A DNA stretch of 64,000 bases from Eledone cirrhosa (taxonomy: Eukaryota), in NCBI GenBank assembly GCA_964016885.1, contig OZ024741.1:260648001-260712000 (forward strand), given 5' to 3'. Below the pieces are notes generated by a model. The model worked only from the letters and a program-made list of their open reading frames with translations. It was not told the DNA's origin and did not search any database. The stretch's first letter is position 1. Every line of letters begins with the position of its first letter. The position numbers and the translations under genes are program-made. Below are positions 53,401 through 64,000 of the stretch, one piece after another.

Positions 53401-55086
53401 CTTACGAGTGTTCTGACTTACGGGTGTTCCGACTTACGAGTGTTTCGGCTTACGATTGTTTTGACTTACGATTGTTTTGGCTTACGAATGTTTCGACTTA
53501 CGAGTGTTTCGACTTACGAGTGTTTTGACTTACGAGTGTTTTGTCTTACGGGTGTTTTGACATACGAGTGTTTCGATACGAGTGTTCTGACTTACGAGTG
53601 TTCTGACTTACGAGTGTTCTGACTTACGAGTGTTCTGACTTACGGGTGTTCTGACTTACGAGTGTTCCGACTTACGAGTGATTCGGCTTATGAGGGTTTC
53701 GACTTACGAGTGCTTCGGCTTACGAGTGTTTCGACTTACGAGTGTTTCGGCTTACGAGTGTTTTGACTTACGAATGTTTTGGCTTACGCGTGTTTCGGCT
53801 TACGAGTGTTTCGAATTACGAATGTTTCGACTTACGAGTGTTTTGACTTACGGTGTTTCGGCTTACGAGTGTTTCGACTCACGAGAGTTTTAACTTACGG
53901 GTGTTTCGACTCACGCGTGTTTCGACTTACGAATGTTCCGACTTACGAGTGTTTCGACTTACAAGTGTTTCGGCGTACGAGTGTTTCGACTTACGAGTGT
54001 TTTGACTTACGTGTGTTTCGGCTTACGAGTGTTTTGACTTACGAGTGTTTTGACTTACGAGTGTTTTGACTTACGGGTGTTTTGACATACGAGTGTTTCG
54101 ATACGAGTGTTCTGACTTACGAGTGTTCTGACTTACGAGCGTTCTGACTTACGAGTGTTCTGACTTACGAGTGGTCTGACTTACGGGTGTTCTTACTTAC
54201 GAGTGTTCCGACTTACGAGTGTTTCAGCTTATGAGTGTTTTTACTTACGAGTGTTTCGGTGTACGAGTGTTTCGACTTAAGGATGTTTCGACTTACGAGT
54301 GTTTCGACTTACGTGTGTTTCGGCTTACGTGAGTTTCGACTTAAGAGTGTTCTGATTTACGAGTGTTCTGACTTGCGGGTGTTCTGATTTACGAGTGTTC
54401 CGAATTACGAGTGTTTCGGCTTATGAGTGTTTCGACTTACGAGTGTTTCGGCTTACGAGTGTTTCGACTTATGGGTGTTTTGACTTACGAGTGTTTTTAC
54501 TTACGGTGTTTCGGCTTACGAGTGTTTCGACATACGAGTGTTCAGACTTACGAGTGTTCCGACTTACGAGCGTTCCGACTTACGAGTGTTTCGACTTACG
54601 AGTGTTAAGACTTACGGGTGTTTTGACATACGAGTGTTTCGATACGAGTGTTCTGACTTACGAGTGTTCTGACTTACGAGTGTTTTGACTTACGAGTGTT
54701 CTGACTTACGAATGTTCCGACTTACGAGTGTTCCGACTTACGAGTGTTTCGGCTTACGAGTGTTTCCGGCTTACGAGTGTTTCGACTTACGAGTGTTTTG
54801 ACTTACGGTGTTTCGGCTTACGAGTCATTCAACTTACGAGTGTTTTGACTTACGGGTGTTTTGACTTACGGGTGTGGTGAATTACGAGTGTTCCGATTTA
54901 CGAGTGTTTTGACTTACGGTGTTTCGGCTTACGAGCGATTCGACTTACGAATGTTTTGACTTACGGGTGTTTCGGCTTGCGAGTGTTTCGACTTACGAGT
55001 GTTTCGGCTTATGAGTGTTTCGACTTACTAATGTTTTTACTTACGAGTGTTCTGACTTACGAGGGTTCCGACTTAAGAGTGTTCCG
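44945..55086 (+). repeat. Near-identical tandem duplication, about 5.05 kb, junction near 49992
   Basis: Offset 5047 for 45110/50157, 46187/51234, 47928/52975 and 48631/53678, then 5095 after a 48-bp indel. Shared rare variants are GTGAATTATGAG, GTTTCTACTT after GACTAACG, and TTCCGAATTACG. Confidence 0.88.
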
Positions 55087-55953
55087 ACTTACGAGTGTTT
55101 CGGCTTACGAGTGTTTCCGGCTTACGAGTGTTTCGACTTACGAGTGTTTCGACTTACGAGTGTTTTGACTTACGGTGTTTCGACTTACGAGTGATTCGAC
55201 TTACGAGTGTTTTGACTTACGGGTGTTTTGACTTACGGGTGTTGTGAATTACGAGTGTTCCGATTTACGAGTGTTTTGACTTACGGTGTTTCGGCTAACG
55301 AGTGATTCGACTTACGAATGTTTTGACTTACGGGTGTTTCGGCTTACGAGTGTTTCGACTTACGAGTGTTTCGACTTACGGGTGTTTTGACTTAAGGGTG
55401 TTTCGACTTACAAGTGTTTCGACTTAGGAGTGTTTCGACTTACGAGTGTTCTGACTTACGAGTGTTCTGATTTACGGATGTTTCGACATACGAGTGTTTC
55501 GACTTACGAGTGTTTCGACTTACGAGTGTTTTGACTTACGGGTGTTTTGACATACGAGTGTTTCGATACGAGTGTTTCGACTTACGAGTGTTCTGACTTA
55601 CGAGTGTTCTGACTTACGAGTGTTCTGAATTACGAGTGTTCTGATTTACGAGTGTTCCGTCTTACGAGTCTTTCGGCTTACGAGTGTTTCGGCTTACGAG
55701 TGTTTCGACTTACGAGTGTTTCGACTTACGAGTGTTCCGACTTACGGGTGTTTCGACTTACGAGTGGTTTGGCTTACGGTGTTTCGGCTTACGAGTGTTT
55801 CGAGTTACGAGTGTTTTGACTTACGCGTGTTTTGACATACGAGTGTTTCGATACGAGTGTTCTGATTTACGAGTGTTCTGACTTACGAGTGTTCCGACTT
55901 TACGAGTGTTTCGGCTCACGAGTGTTTCGGCTTACGAGTGTTTCGACTTACGA

Positions 55954-56030
55954 AAATAACAAATAGACGCGGTTTCAAATCTCTATGATTTTCAAATTCA
56001 TTACATTAATCTTTATTTATACGTTTCGCT
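55954..56030. repeat. 77-bp AT-rich interruption, copy 4
   Basis: Same sequence as copy 2 with the same flanking variants. Confidence 0.95.
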
Positions 56031-59000
56031 TTACGAGTGTTTCGACTTACGAGTGTTTCGACATACGAGTGTTTCGACTTCCGAATGTTTTTGCTTACGG
56101 GTGTTTCGACTTACGAATGTTTCGGCTTACGAGTGTTTCGGCTTACGAGTGTTCCGACTTAGGAGTGTTTCGGCTTACGAGTGTTTCCGACTTACGAGTG
56201 TTTCGACTTACGAGTGTTTCGACTTTCGAGTGTTTTGACTTACGGTGTTTCGGCTTACGAGTGATTCGACTTACGAGTGTTTTGACTTACGGGTGTTTTG
56301 ACTTACGGGTGTTGTGAATTACGAGTGTTCCGATTTACGAGTATTTTGGCTTACGGTGTTTCGGCTTGCGAGTGTTTCGACTTACGAGTGTTTCGGCTTA
56401 TGAGTGTTTCGACTTACTAATGTTTTTACTTACGAGTGTTTCGGCGTTCGAGTGTTTTGCCTTACGAGTGTTTCGACTTAAGAGTGTTTTGACTTACGAA
56501 TGTTTTGACTTACGGGTGTTTCGGCTTATGAGTGTTTCGACTTACGAGTGTTTCGACTTATGAGTGTTTCGACTTACGAGTGTTCTGACTTACGAGTGTT
56601 CTGACTTACGAATTTTCCGACTTACGAGTGTTTCGGTTTACGAGTGTTTCGACATACGAGTGTTTTGACTTACGGGTGTTTCGACTTACGGGTGTTTCGA
56701 ATTACGAGTGTTTCGGCTTACGAGTGTTTCGACTTACTAATGTTTTTACTTACGAGTGTTTCGGTGTACGAATGTTTTGACTTAAGGATGTTTCGACTTA
56801 CGAGTGTTTCGACTTACGAGTGTTTCGGCTTACGTGAGTTTCGACTTAAGAGTGTTCTGATTTACGAGTGTTCTGACTTGCGGGTGTTCTGATTTACGAG
56901 TGTTCCGACTTACGAGTGTTTCGGCTTATGAGTGTTTCGATTTACGAGTGTTTCGGCTTACGAGTGTTTCGACTTATGGGTGTTTCGACTTACGAGTGTT
57001 TTTACTTACGGTGTTTCGGCTTACGAGTGTTTCGACATACGAGTGTTTTGACTTACGGGTGTTTCGAATTACGAGTGTTTTGACTTACGAATGTTTTGAC
57101 TTACGGGTGTTTCGGCTTACGAGTGTTTCGACTTACGAGTCTTTCGGCTTACGAGTGTTTCGACTTACTAATGTTTTTACTTACGAGTGTTTCGACTTAC
57201 GAGTGTTTCGACTTACGAGTGTTTTGACTTACGAATGTTTTGACTTACGGGTGTTTCGGCTTATGAGTGTTTCGACTTACGAGTCTTTCGGCTTACGAGT
57301 GTTTCGACTTACTAATGTTTTTACTTACGAGTGTTTCGGCGTACGAGTGTTTCGACTTACGAGTGTTTCGACTTACGGGTGTTTTGACTTAAGGGTGTTT
57401 CGGCTTACGAGTGTTTCGACTTACGAGTGTTTTGACTTAAGGGTGTTTCGACTTACGAGTATTTTTGGCTTACGAGTGTTTCGACTTACGAGTGTTTTGA
57501 CTTACGAGTGTTCTGATTTACGGATGTTTCGACATACGAGTGTTTCGATTTACGAGTGTTTCGACTTATGAGTGTTTCGACTTACGAGTGTTTCGGCTTA
57601 CGAGTGTTTCCGGCTTACGAGTGTTTCGACTTACGGGTGTTTTGACTTACGGTGTTTCGGCTTACGAGTGATTCGACTTACGAGTGTTTTGACTTACGGG
57701 TGTTTTGACTTACGGGTGTTGTGAATTATGAGTGTTCCGATTTACGAGTGTTTTGACTTACGGTGTTTCGGCTTACGAGTGATTCGACTTACGAATGTTT
57801 TGACTTACGGGTGTTTCGGCTTGCGAGTGTTTCGACTTACGAGTGTTTCGGCTTACGAGTGTTTCGACTTACTAATTTTTTTACTTACGAGTGTTTCGGC
57901 GTACGAGAGTTTTGACTTACGAGTGTTTCGACTTACGAGTGTTTTGACTTACGAATGTTTTGACTTACTAATGTTTCGGCGTACGAGTGTTTCGACTTAC
58001 GAGTGTTTCGACTTACGGGTGTTTTGACTTACGGGTGTTTCGGCTTACGAGTGTTTCGACTTACGATTGTTTGGCTTACGAATGTTTCGACTTACGAGTG
58101 TTTCGACTTACGAGAGTTTTGACTTACGGTGTTTCGGCTTACGAGTGTTTCGACTTACGAGTGTTTTGACTTACGGGTGTTTTGACATACGAGTGTTTCG
58201 ATACGAGTGTTCTGACTTACGAGTGTTCTGACTTACGAGTGTTCTGACTTACGAGTGTTTCGGCTTATGAGGGTTTCGACTTACGAGTGCTTCGGCTTAC
58301 GAGTGTTTCGACTTACGAGTGTTTCGGCTTACGAGTGTTTCGACTTACGAATGTTTTGGCTTACGAGTGTTTCGGCTTACGAGTGTTTCGACTTACGAGT
58401 GTTTCGACTTACGAGTGTTTTGACTTACGGTGTTTCGGCTTACGAGTGTTTCGACATACGAGTGTTTTGACGTACGGGTGTTTCGACTTACGGGTGTTTC
58501 GACTTAAGAGTGTTTCGACTTACGAGCGCTTCGACTTACGAGTGTTTCGGCTTACGAGTGTTTCGGCGTATGAGTGTTTCGACTTACGAGTCTTTCGGCT
58601 TACGAGTGTTTCGACTTACTAATGTTTTTACTTACGAGTGTTTCGGCGTACGAGTGTTTCGACTTACGAGTGTTTCGACTTACGGGTGTTTTGACTTACG
58701 GGTGTTTCGGCTTACGAGTGTTTCGACTTACGATTGTTTGGCTTACGAATGTTTCGGCTTACGAGTGTTTCGACTTACGAGAGTTTTGACTTACGGTGTT
58801 TCGGCTTACGAGTGTTTCGACTTACGAGTGTTTTGACTTACGGGTGTTTTGACATACGAGTGTTTCGATACGAGTGTTCTGACTTACGAGTGTTCTGACT
58901 TACGAGTGTTCTGACTTACGGGTGTTCTGACTTACGAGTGTTCCGACTTACGAGTGTTTCGGCTTATGAGGGTTTCGACTTACGAGTGCTTCGGCTTACG

Positions 59001-62000
59001 AGTGTTTCGACTTACGAGTGTTTCGGCTTACGAGTGTTTCGACTTACGAATGTTTTGGCTTACGAGTGTTTCGGCTTACGAGTGTTTCGACTTACGAGTG
59101 TTTCGACTTACGAGTGTTTTGACTTACGGTGTTTCGGCTTACGAGTGTTTCGACATACGAGTGTTTTGACGTACGGGTGTTTCGACTTACGGGTGTTTCG
59201 ACTTAAGAGTGTTTCGACTTACGAGCGCTTCGACTTACGAGTGTTTCGGCTTACGAGTGTTTCGGCGTATGAGTGTTTTGACTTACGAGTGTTTCGACTT
59301 ACGAGTGTTTCGACTTACGAGTGTTTCGACTTACGAGTGTTTCGACTTACGAGTGTTTTGACTTACGAGTGTTTTGACTAACGGTGTTTCTACTTACGAG
59401 TGTTTCGACTTACGAGTGTTATGACTTACGGGTGTTTTGACATACGAGTGTTTCGATACGAGTGTTTCGACTTACGAGTGTTACGAGTGTTCTGACTTAC
59501 GAGTGTTTCGACTTACGAGTGTTCTGACCTACGAGTGTTCTGACTTACGAGTGTTTCGACTTACGAGTGTTTTGACTTACGGGGGTTTCGACTTACGAGT
59601 GTTTCGAGTTACGAGTGTTTCGAGTTACGAGTGTTTCGACTTACGAGTGTTTTTACTTACGAATGTTCTGACTTACGGGTGTTTCGGCTTACGAGTGTTT
59701 CGACTTACGAGTGTTTTAACTTACGGGTGTTTCTACTTACGCGTGTTTCGACTTGCAAGTGTTTCGACTTACGAGTGTTTCGACTTGCAAGTGTTTCGAC
59801 TTACGAGTGTTTCGACTACGAATGATCCGACTTACGAGTGTTTCGACTTACGAGTGTTTCGACTTACGAGTGTTCTGACTTACGGGTGTTCCGACTTACG
59901 AGTGTTTCGGCTTACGATTGTTTTGACTTACGATTGTTTTGGCTTACGAATGTTTCGACTTACGAGTGTTTCGACTTACGAGTGTTTTGACTTACGAGTG
60001 TTTTGTCTTACGGGTGTTTTGACATACGAGTGTTTCGATACGAGTGTTCTGACTTACGAGTGTTCTGACTTACGAGTGTTCTGACTTACGAGTGTTCTGA
60101 CTTACGGGTGTTCTGACTTACGAGTGTTCCGACTTACCAGTGATTCGGCTTATGAGGGTTTCGACTTACGAGTGCTTCGGCTTACGAGTGTTTCGACCTA
60201 CGAGTGTTTCGGCTTACGAGTGTTTTGACTTACGAATGTTTTGGCTTACGCGTGTTTCGGCTTACGAGTGTTTCGAATTACGAATGTTTCGACTTACGAG
60301 TGTTTTGACTTACGGTGTTTCGGCTTACGAGTGTTTCGACTCACGAGAGTTTTAACTTACGGGTGTTTCGACTCACGCGTGTTTCGACTTACGAATGTTC
60401 CGACTTACGAGTGTTTCGACTTACAAGTGTTTCGGCGTACGAGTGTTTCGACTTACGAGTGTTTTGACTTACGTGTGTTTCGGCTTACGAGTGTTTTGAC
60501 TTACGAGTGTTTTGACTTACGAGTGTTTTGACTTACGGGTGTTTTGACATACGAGTGTTTCGATACGAGTGTTCTGACTTACGAGTGTTCTGACTTACGA
60601 GCGTTCTGACTTACGAGTGTTCTGACTTACGAGTGGTCTGACTTACGGGTGTTCTTACTTACGAGTGTTCCGACTTACGAGTGTTTCAGCTTATGAGTGT
60701 TTTTACTTACGAGTGTTTCGGTGTACGAGTGTTTCGACTTAAGGATGTTTCGACTTACGAGTGTTTCGACTTACGTGTGTTTCGGCTTACGTGAGTTTCG
60801 ACTTAAGAGTGTTCTGATTTACGAGTGTTCTGACTTGCGGGTGTTCTGATTTACGAGTGTTCCGAATTACGAGTGTTTCGGCTTATGAGTGTTTCGACTT
60901 ACGAGTGTTTCGGCTTACGAGTGTTTCGACTTATGGGTGTTTTGACTTACGAGTGTTTTTACTTACGGTGTTTCGGCTTACGAGTGTTTCGACATACGAG
61001 TGTTCAGACTTACGAGTGTTCCGACTTACGAGCGTTCCGACTTACGAGTGTTTCGACTTACGAGTGTTAAGACTTACGGGTGTTTTGACATACGAGTGTT
61101 TCGATACGAGTGTTCTGACTTACGAGTGTTCTGACTTACGAGTGTTTTGACTTACGAGTTTTCTGACTTACGAATGTTCCGACTTACGAGTGTTCCGACT
61201 TACGAGTGTTTCGGCTTACGAGTGTTTCCGGCTTACGAGTGTTTCGACTTACGAGTGTTTTGACTTACGGTGTTTCGGCTTACGAGTCATTCAACTTACG
61301 AGTGTTTTGACTTACGGGTGTTTTGACTTACGGGTGTGGTGAATTACGAGTGTTCCGATTTACGAGTGTTTTGACTTACGGTGTTTCGGCTTACGAGTGA
61401 TTCGACTTACGAATGTTTTGACTTACGGGTGTTTCGGCTTGCGAGTGTTTCGACTTACGAGTGTTTCGGCTTATGAGTGTTTCGACTTACTAATGTTTTT
61501 ACTTACGAGTGTTCTGACTTACGAGGGTTCCGACTTAAGAGTGTTCCGACTTACGAGTGTTTCGGCTTACGAGTGTTTCCGGCTTACGAGTGTTTCGACT
61601 TACGAGTGTTTCGACTTACGAGTGTTTTGACTTACGGTGTTTCGACTTACGAGTGATTCGACTTACGAGTGTTTTGACTTACGGGTGTTTTGACTTACGG
61701 GTGTTGTGAATTACGAGTGTTCCGATTTACGAGTGTTTTGACTTACGGTGTTTCGGCTAACGAGTGATTCGACTTACGAATGTTTTGACTTACGGGTGTT
61801 TCGGCTTACGAGTGTTTCGACTTACGAGTGTTTCGACTTACGGGTGTTTTGACTTAAGGGTGTTTCGACTTACAAGTGTTTCGACTTAGGAGTGTTTCGA
61901 CTTACGAGTGTTCTGACTTACGAGTGTTCTGATTTACGGATGTTTCGACATACGAGTGTTTCGACTTACGAGTGTTTCGACTTACGAGTGTTTTGACTTA

Positions 62001-62415
62001 CGGGTGTTTTGACATACGAGTGTTTCGATACGAGTGTTTCGACTTACGAGTGTTCTGACTTACGAGTGTTCTGACTTACGAGTGTTCTGAATTACGAGTG
62101 TTCTGATTTACGAGTGTTCCGTCTTACGAGTCTTTCGGCTTACGAGTGTTTCGGCTTACGAGTGTTTCGACTTACGAGTGTTTCGACTTACGAGTGTTCC
62201 GACTTACGGGTGTTTCGACTTACGAGTGGTTTGGCTTACGGTGTTTCGGCTTACGAGTGTTTCGAGTTACGAGTGCTTTGACTTACGCGTGTTTTGACAT
62301 ACGAGTGTTTCGATACGAGTGTTCTGATTTACGAGTGTTCTGACTTACGAGTGTTCCGACTTTACGAGTGTTTCGGCTCACGAGTGTTTCGGCTTACGAG
62401 TGTTTCGACTTACGA

Positions 62416-62492
62416 AAATAACAAATAGACGCGGTTTCAAATCTCTATGATTTTCAAATTCATTACATTAATCTTTATTTATACGTTTCGCT
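62416..62492. repeat. 77-bp AT-rich interruption, copy 5
   Basis: Same sequence as copy 4, offset 6462, inside the last large duplication. Confidence 0.95.
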
Positions 62493-64000
62493 TTACGAGT
62501 GTTTCGACTTACGAGTGTTTCGACATACGAGTGTTTCGACTTCCGAATGTTTTTGCTTACGGGTGTTTCGACTTACGAATGTTTCGGCTTACGAGTGTTT
62601 CGGCTTACGAGTGTTCCGACTTAGGAGTGTTTCGGCTTACGAGTGTTTCCGACTTACGAGTGTTTCGACTTACGAGTGTTTCGACTTTCGAGTGTTTTGA
62701 CTTACGGTGTTTCGGCTTACGAGTGATTCGACTTACGAGTGTTTTGACTTACGGGTGTTTTGACTTACGGGTGTTGTGAATTACGAGTGTTCCGATTTAC
62801 GAGTATTTTGGCTTACGGTGTTTCGGCTTGCGAGTGTTTCGACTTACGAGTGTTTCGGCTTATGAGTGTTTCGACTTACTAATGTTTTTACTTACGAGTG
62901 TTTCGGCGTTCGAGTGTTTTGCCTTACGAGTGTTTCGACTTAAGAGTGTTTTGACTTACGAATGTTTTGACTTACGGGTGTTTCGGCTTATGAGTGTTTC
63001 GACTTACGAGTGTTTCGACTTATGAGTGTTTCGACTTACGAGTGTTCTGACTTACGAGTGTTCTGACTTACGAATGTTCCGACTTACGAGTGTTTCGGTT
63101 TACGAGTGTTTCGACATACGAGTGTTTTGACTTACGGGTGTTTCGACTTACGGGTGTTTCGAATTACGAGTGTTTCGGCTTACGAGTGTTTCGACTTACT
63201 AATGTTTTTACTTACGAGTGTTTCGGTGTACGAATGTTTTGACTTAAGGATGTTTCGACTTACGAGTGTTTCGACTTACGAGTGTTTCGGCTTACGTGAG
63301 TTTCGACTTAAGAGTGTTCTGATTTACGAGTGTTCTGACTTGCGGGTGTTCTGATTTACGAGTGTTCCGACTTACGAGTGTTTCGGCTTATGAGTGTTTC
63401 GATTTACGAGTGTTTCGGCTTACGAGTGTTTCGACTTATGGGTGTTTCGACTTACGAGTGTTTTTACTTACGGTGTTTCGGCTTACGAGTGTTTCGACAT
63501 ACGAGTGTTCTGACTTACGGGTGTTTCGACTTACGAGTGTTTTGACTTACGAATGTTTTGACTTACGGGTGTTTCGGCTTACGAGTGTTTCGACTTACGA
63601 GTCTTTCGGCTTACGAGTGTTTCGACTTACTAATGTTTTTACTTACGAGTGTTTCGACTTACGAGTGTTTCGACTTACGAGTGTTTTGACTTACGAATGT
63701 TTTGACTTACGGGTGTTTCGGCTTATGAGTGTTTCGACTTACGAGTCTTTCGGCTTACGAGTGTTTCGACTTACTAATGTTTTTACTTACGAGTGTTTCG
63801 GCGTACGAGTGTTTCGACTTACGAGTGTTTCGACTTACGGGTGTTTTGACTTAAGGGTGTTTCGGCTTACGAGTGTTTCGACTTACGAGTGTTTTGACTT
63901 AAGGGTGTTTCGACTTACGAGTATTTTTGGCTTACGAGTGTTTCGACTTACGAGTGTTTTGACTTACGGGTGTTTTGACATACGAGTGTTTCGATTTACG

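Larger units (their letters stand above)
1..64000 (+). repeat. Tandem satellite array, 16-bp monomer GACTTACGAGTGTTTC, running off both ends of the window
   Basis: The monomer is readable on every line in one orientation. Frequent variants are TTTTGAC, TTCTGAC, TTCCGAC, TTTCGGC, TACGGGT, TACGAAT and TATGAG. Recurrent length variants are 14 bp (GATACG), 15 bp (TACGGTG) and 17 bp (TTTCCGGC). Confidence 0.99.
51085..64000 (+). repeat. Near-identical tandem duplication, about 6.46-6.49 kb, junction near 57579
   Basis: Offset 6494 (51234/57728), then 6462 (52048/58510, 52975/59437, 54395/60857, 55985/62447, 56644/63106). Shared variants are TTCCGTCTTAC (~55656/62118) and GACTTAGGAG (55421/61883). 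Confidence 0.9.

Noticed and set aside
183-63354. Hundreds of + strand ORFs encoding (LTSVSTYECFDLRVFR)n, up to 223 aa
   Set aside because: Three 16-bp monomers make a stop-free 48-bp frame, so all three + frames give the same peptide. ORFs end at TGA or TAA variants and 14/15/17-bp units shift frames freely. The - strand has TAA in every monomer, which explains the absence of - strand ORFs.
1-64000. CRISPR array, with the island as leader or spacer
   Set aside because: Repeats are contiguous with no unique spacers, the unit is too short, the island copies are identical and there are no cas genes.
1-64000. Whole array as a sequencing or rolling-circle artefact
   Set aside because: Variants are shared between distant copies in a nested, tree-like way and there are no strand switches. 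Only the youngest near-identical duplications still need read validation.

Overview
The whole 64-kb window is one head-to-tail, single-orientation satellite array of a 16-bp monomer, consensus GACTTACGAGTGTTTC (7/16 GC, two CpG per unit, about 4,000 units). I see no credible gene, RNA gene, CRISPR array or autonomous mobile element. All listed ORFs are artefacts: three 16-bp units give a stop-free 16-aa repeat on the + strand, and every unit carries TAA on the - strand. The only non-monomer DNA is a 77-bp, 26%-GC segment present in five near-identical copies (867, 6391, 38335, 55954, 62416). Ordered monomer variants show nested higher-order duplications of about 0.7, 1.4, 1.6, 3.2, 5.0, 5.4, 6.5 and 8.2 kb, most of whose copy-to-copy length differences are multiples of 16 bp, plus a central domain with its own marker alleles. 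This looks like eukaryotic (peri)centromeric or heterochromatic satellite DNA, which is an inference; the organism cannot be identified from the sequence. The most testable ideas are that the monomer is a CENP-B-box-like or pogo/Tigger-end-derived protein-binding site, and that the 77-bp segment is a single old insertion amplified with the array. Neither is demonstrated here, and duplication boundaries are approximate.
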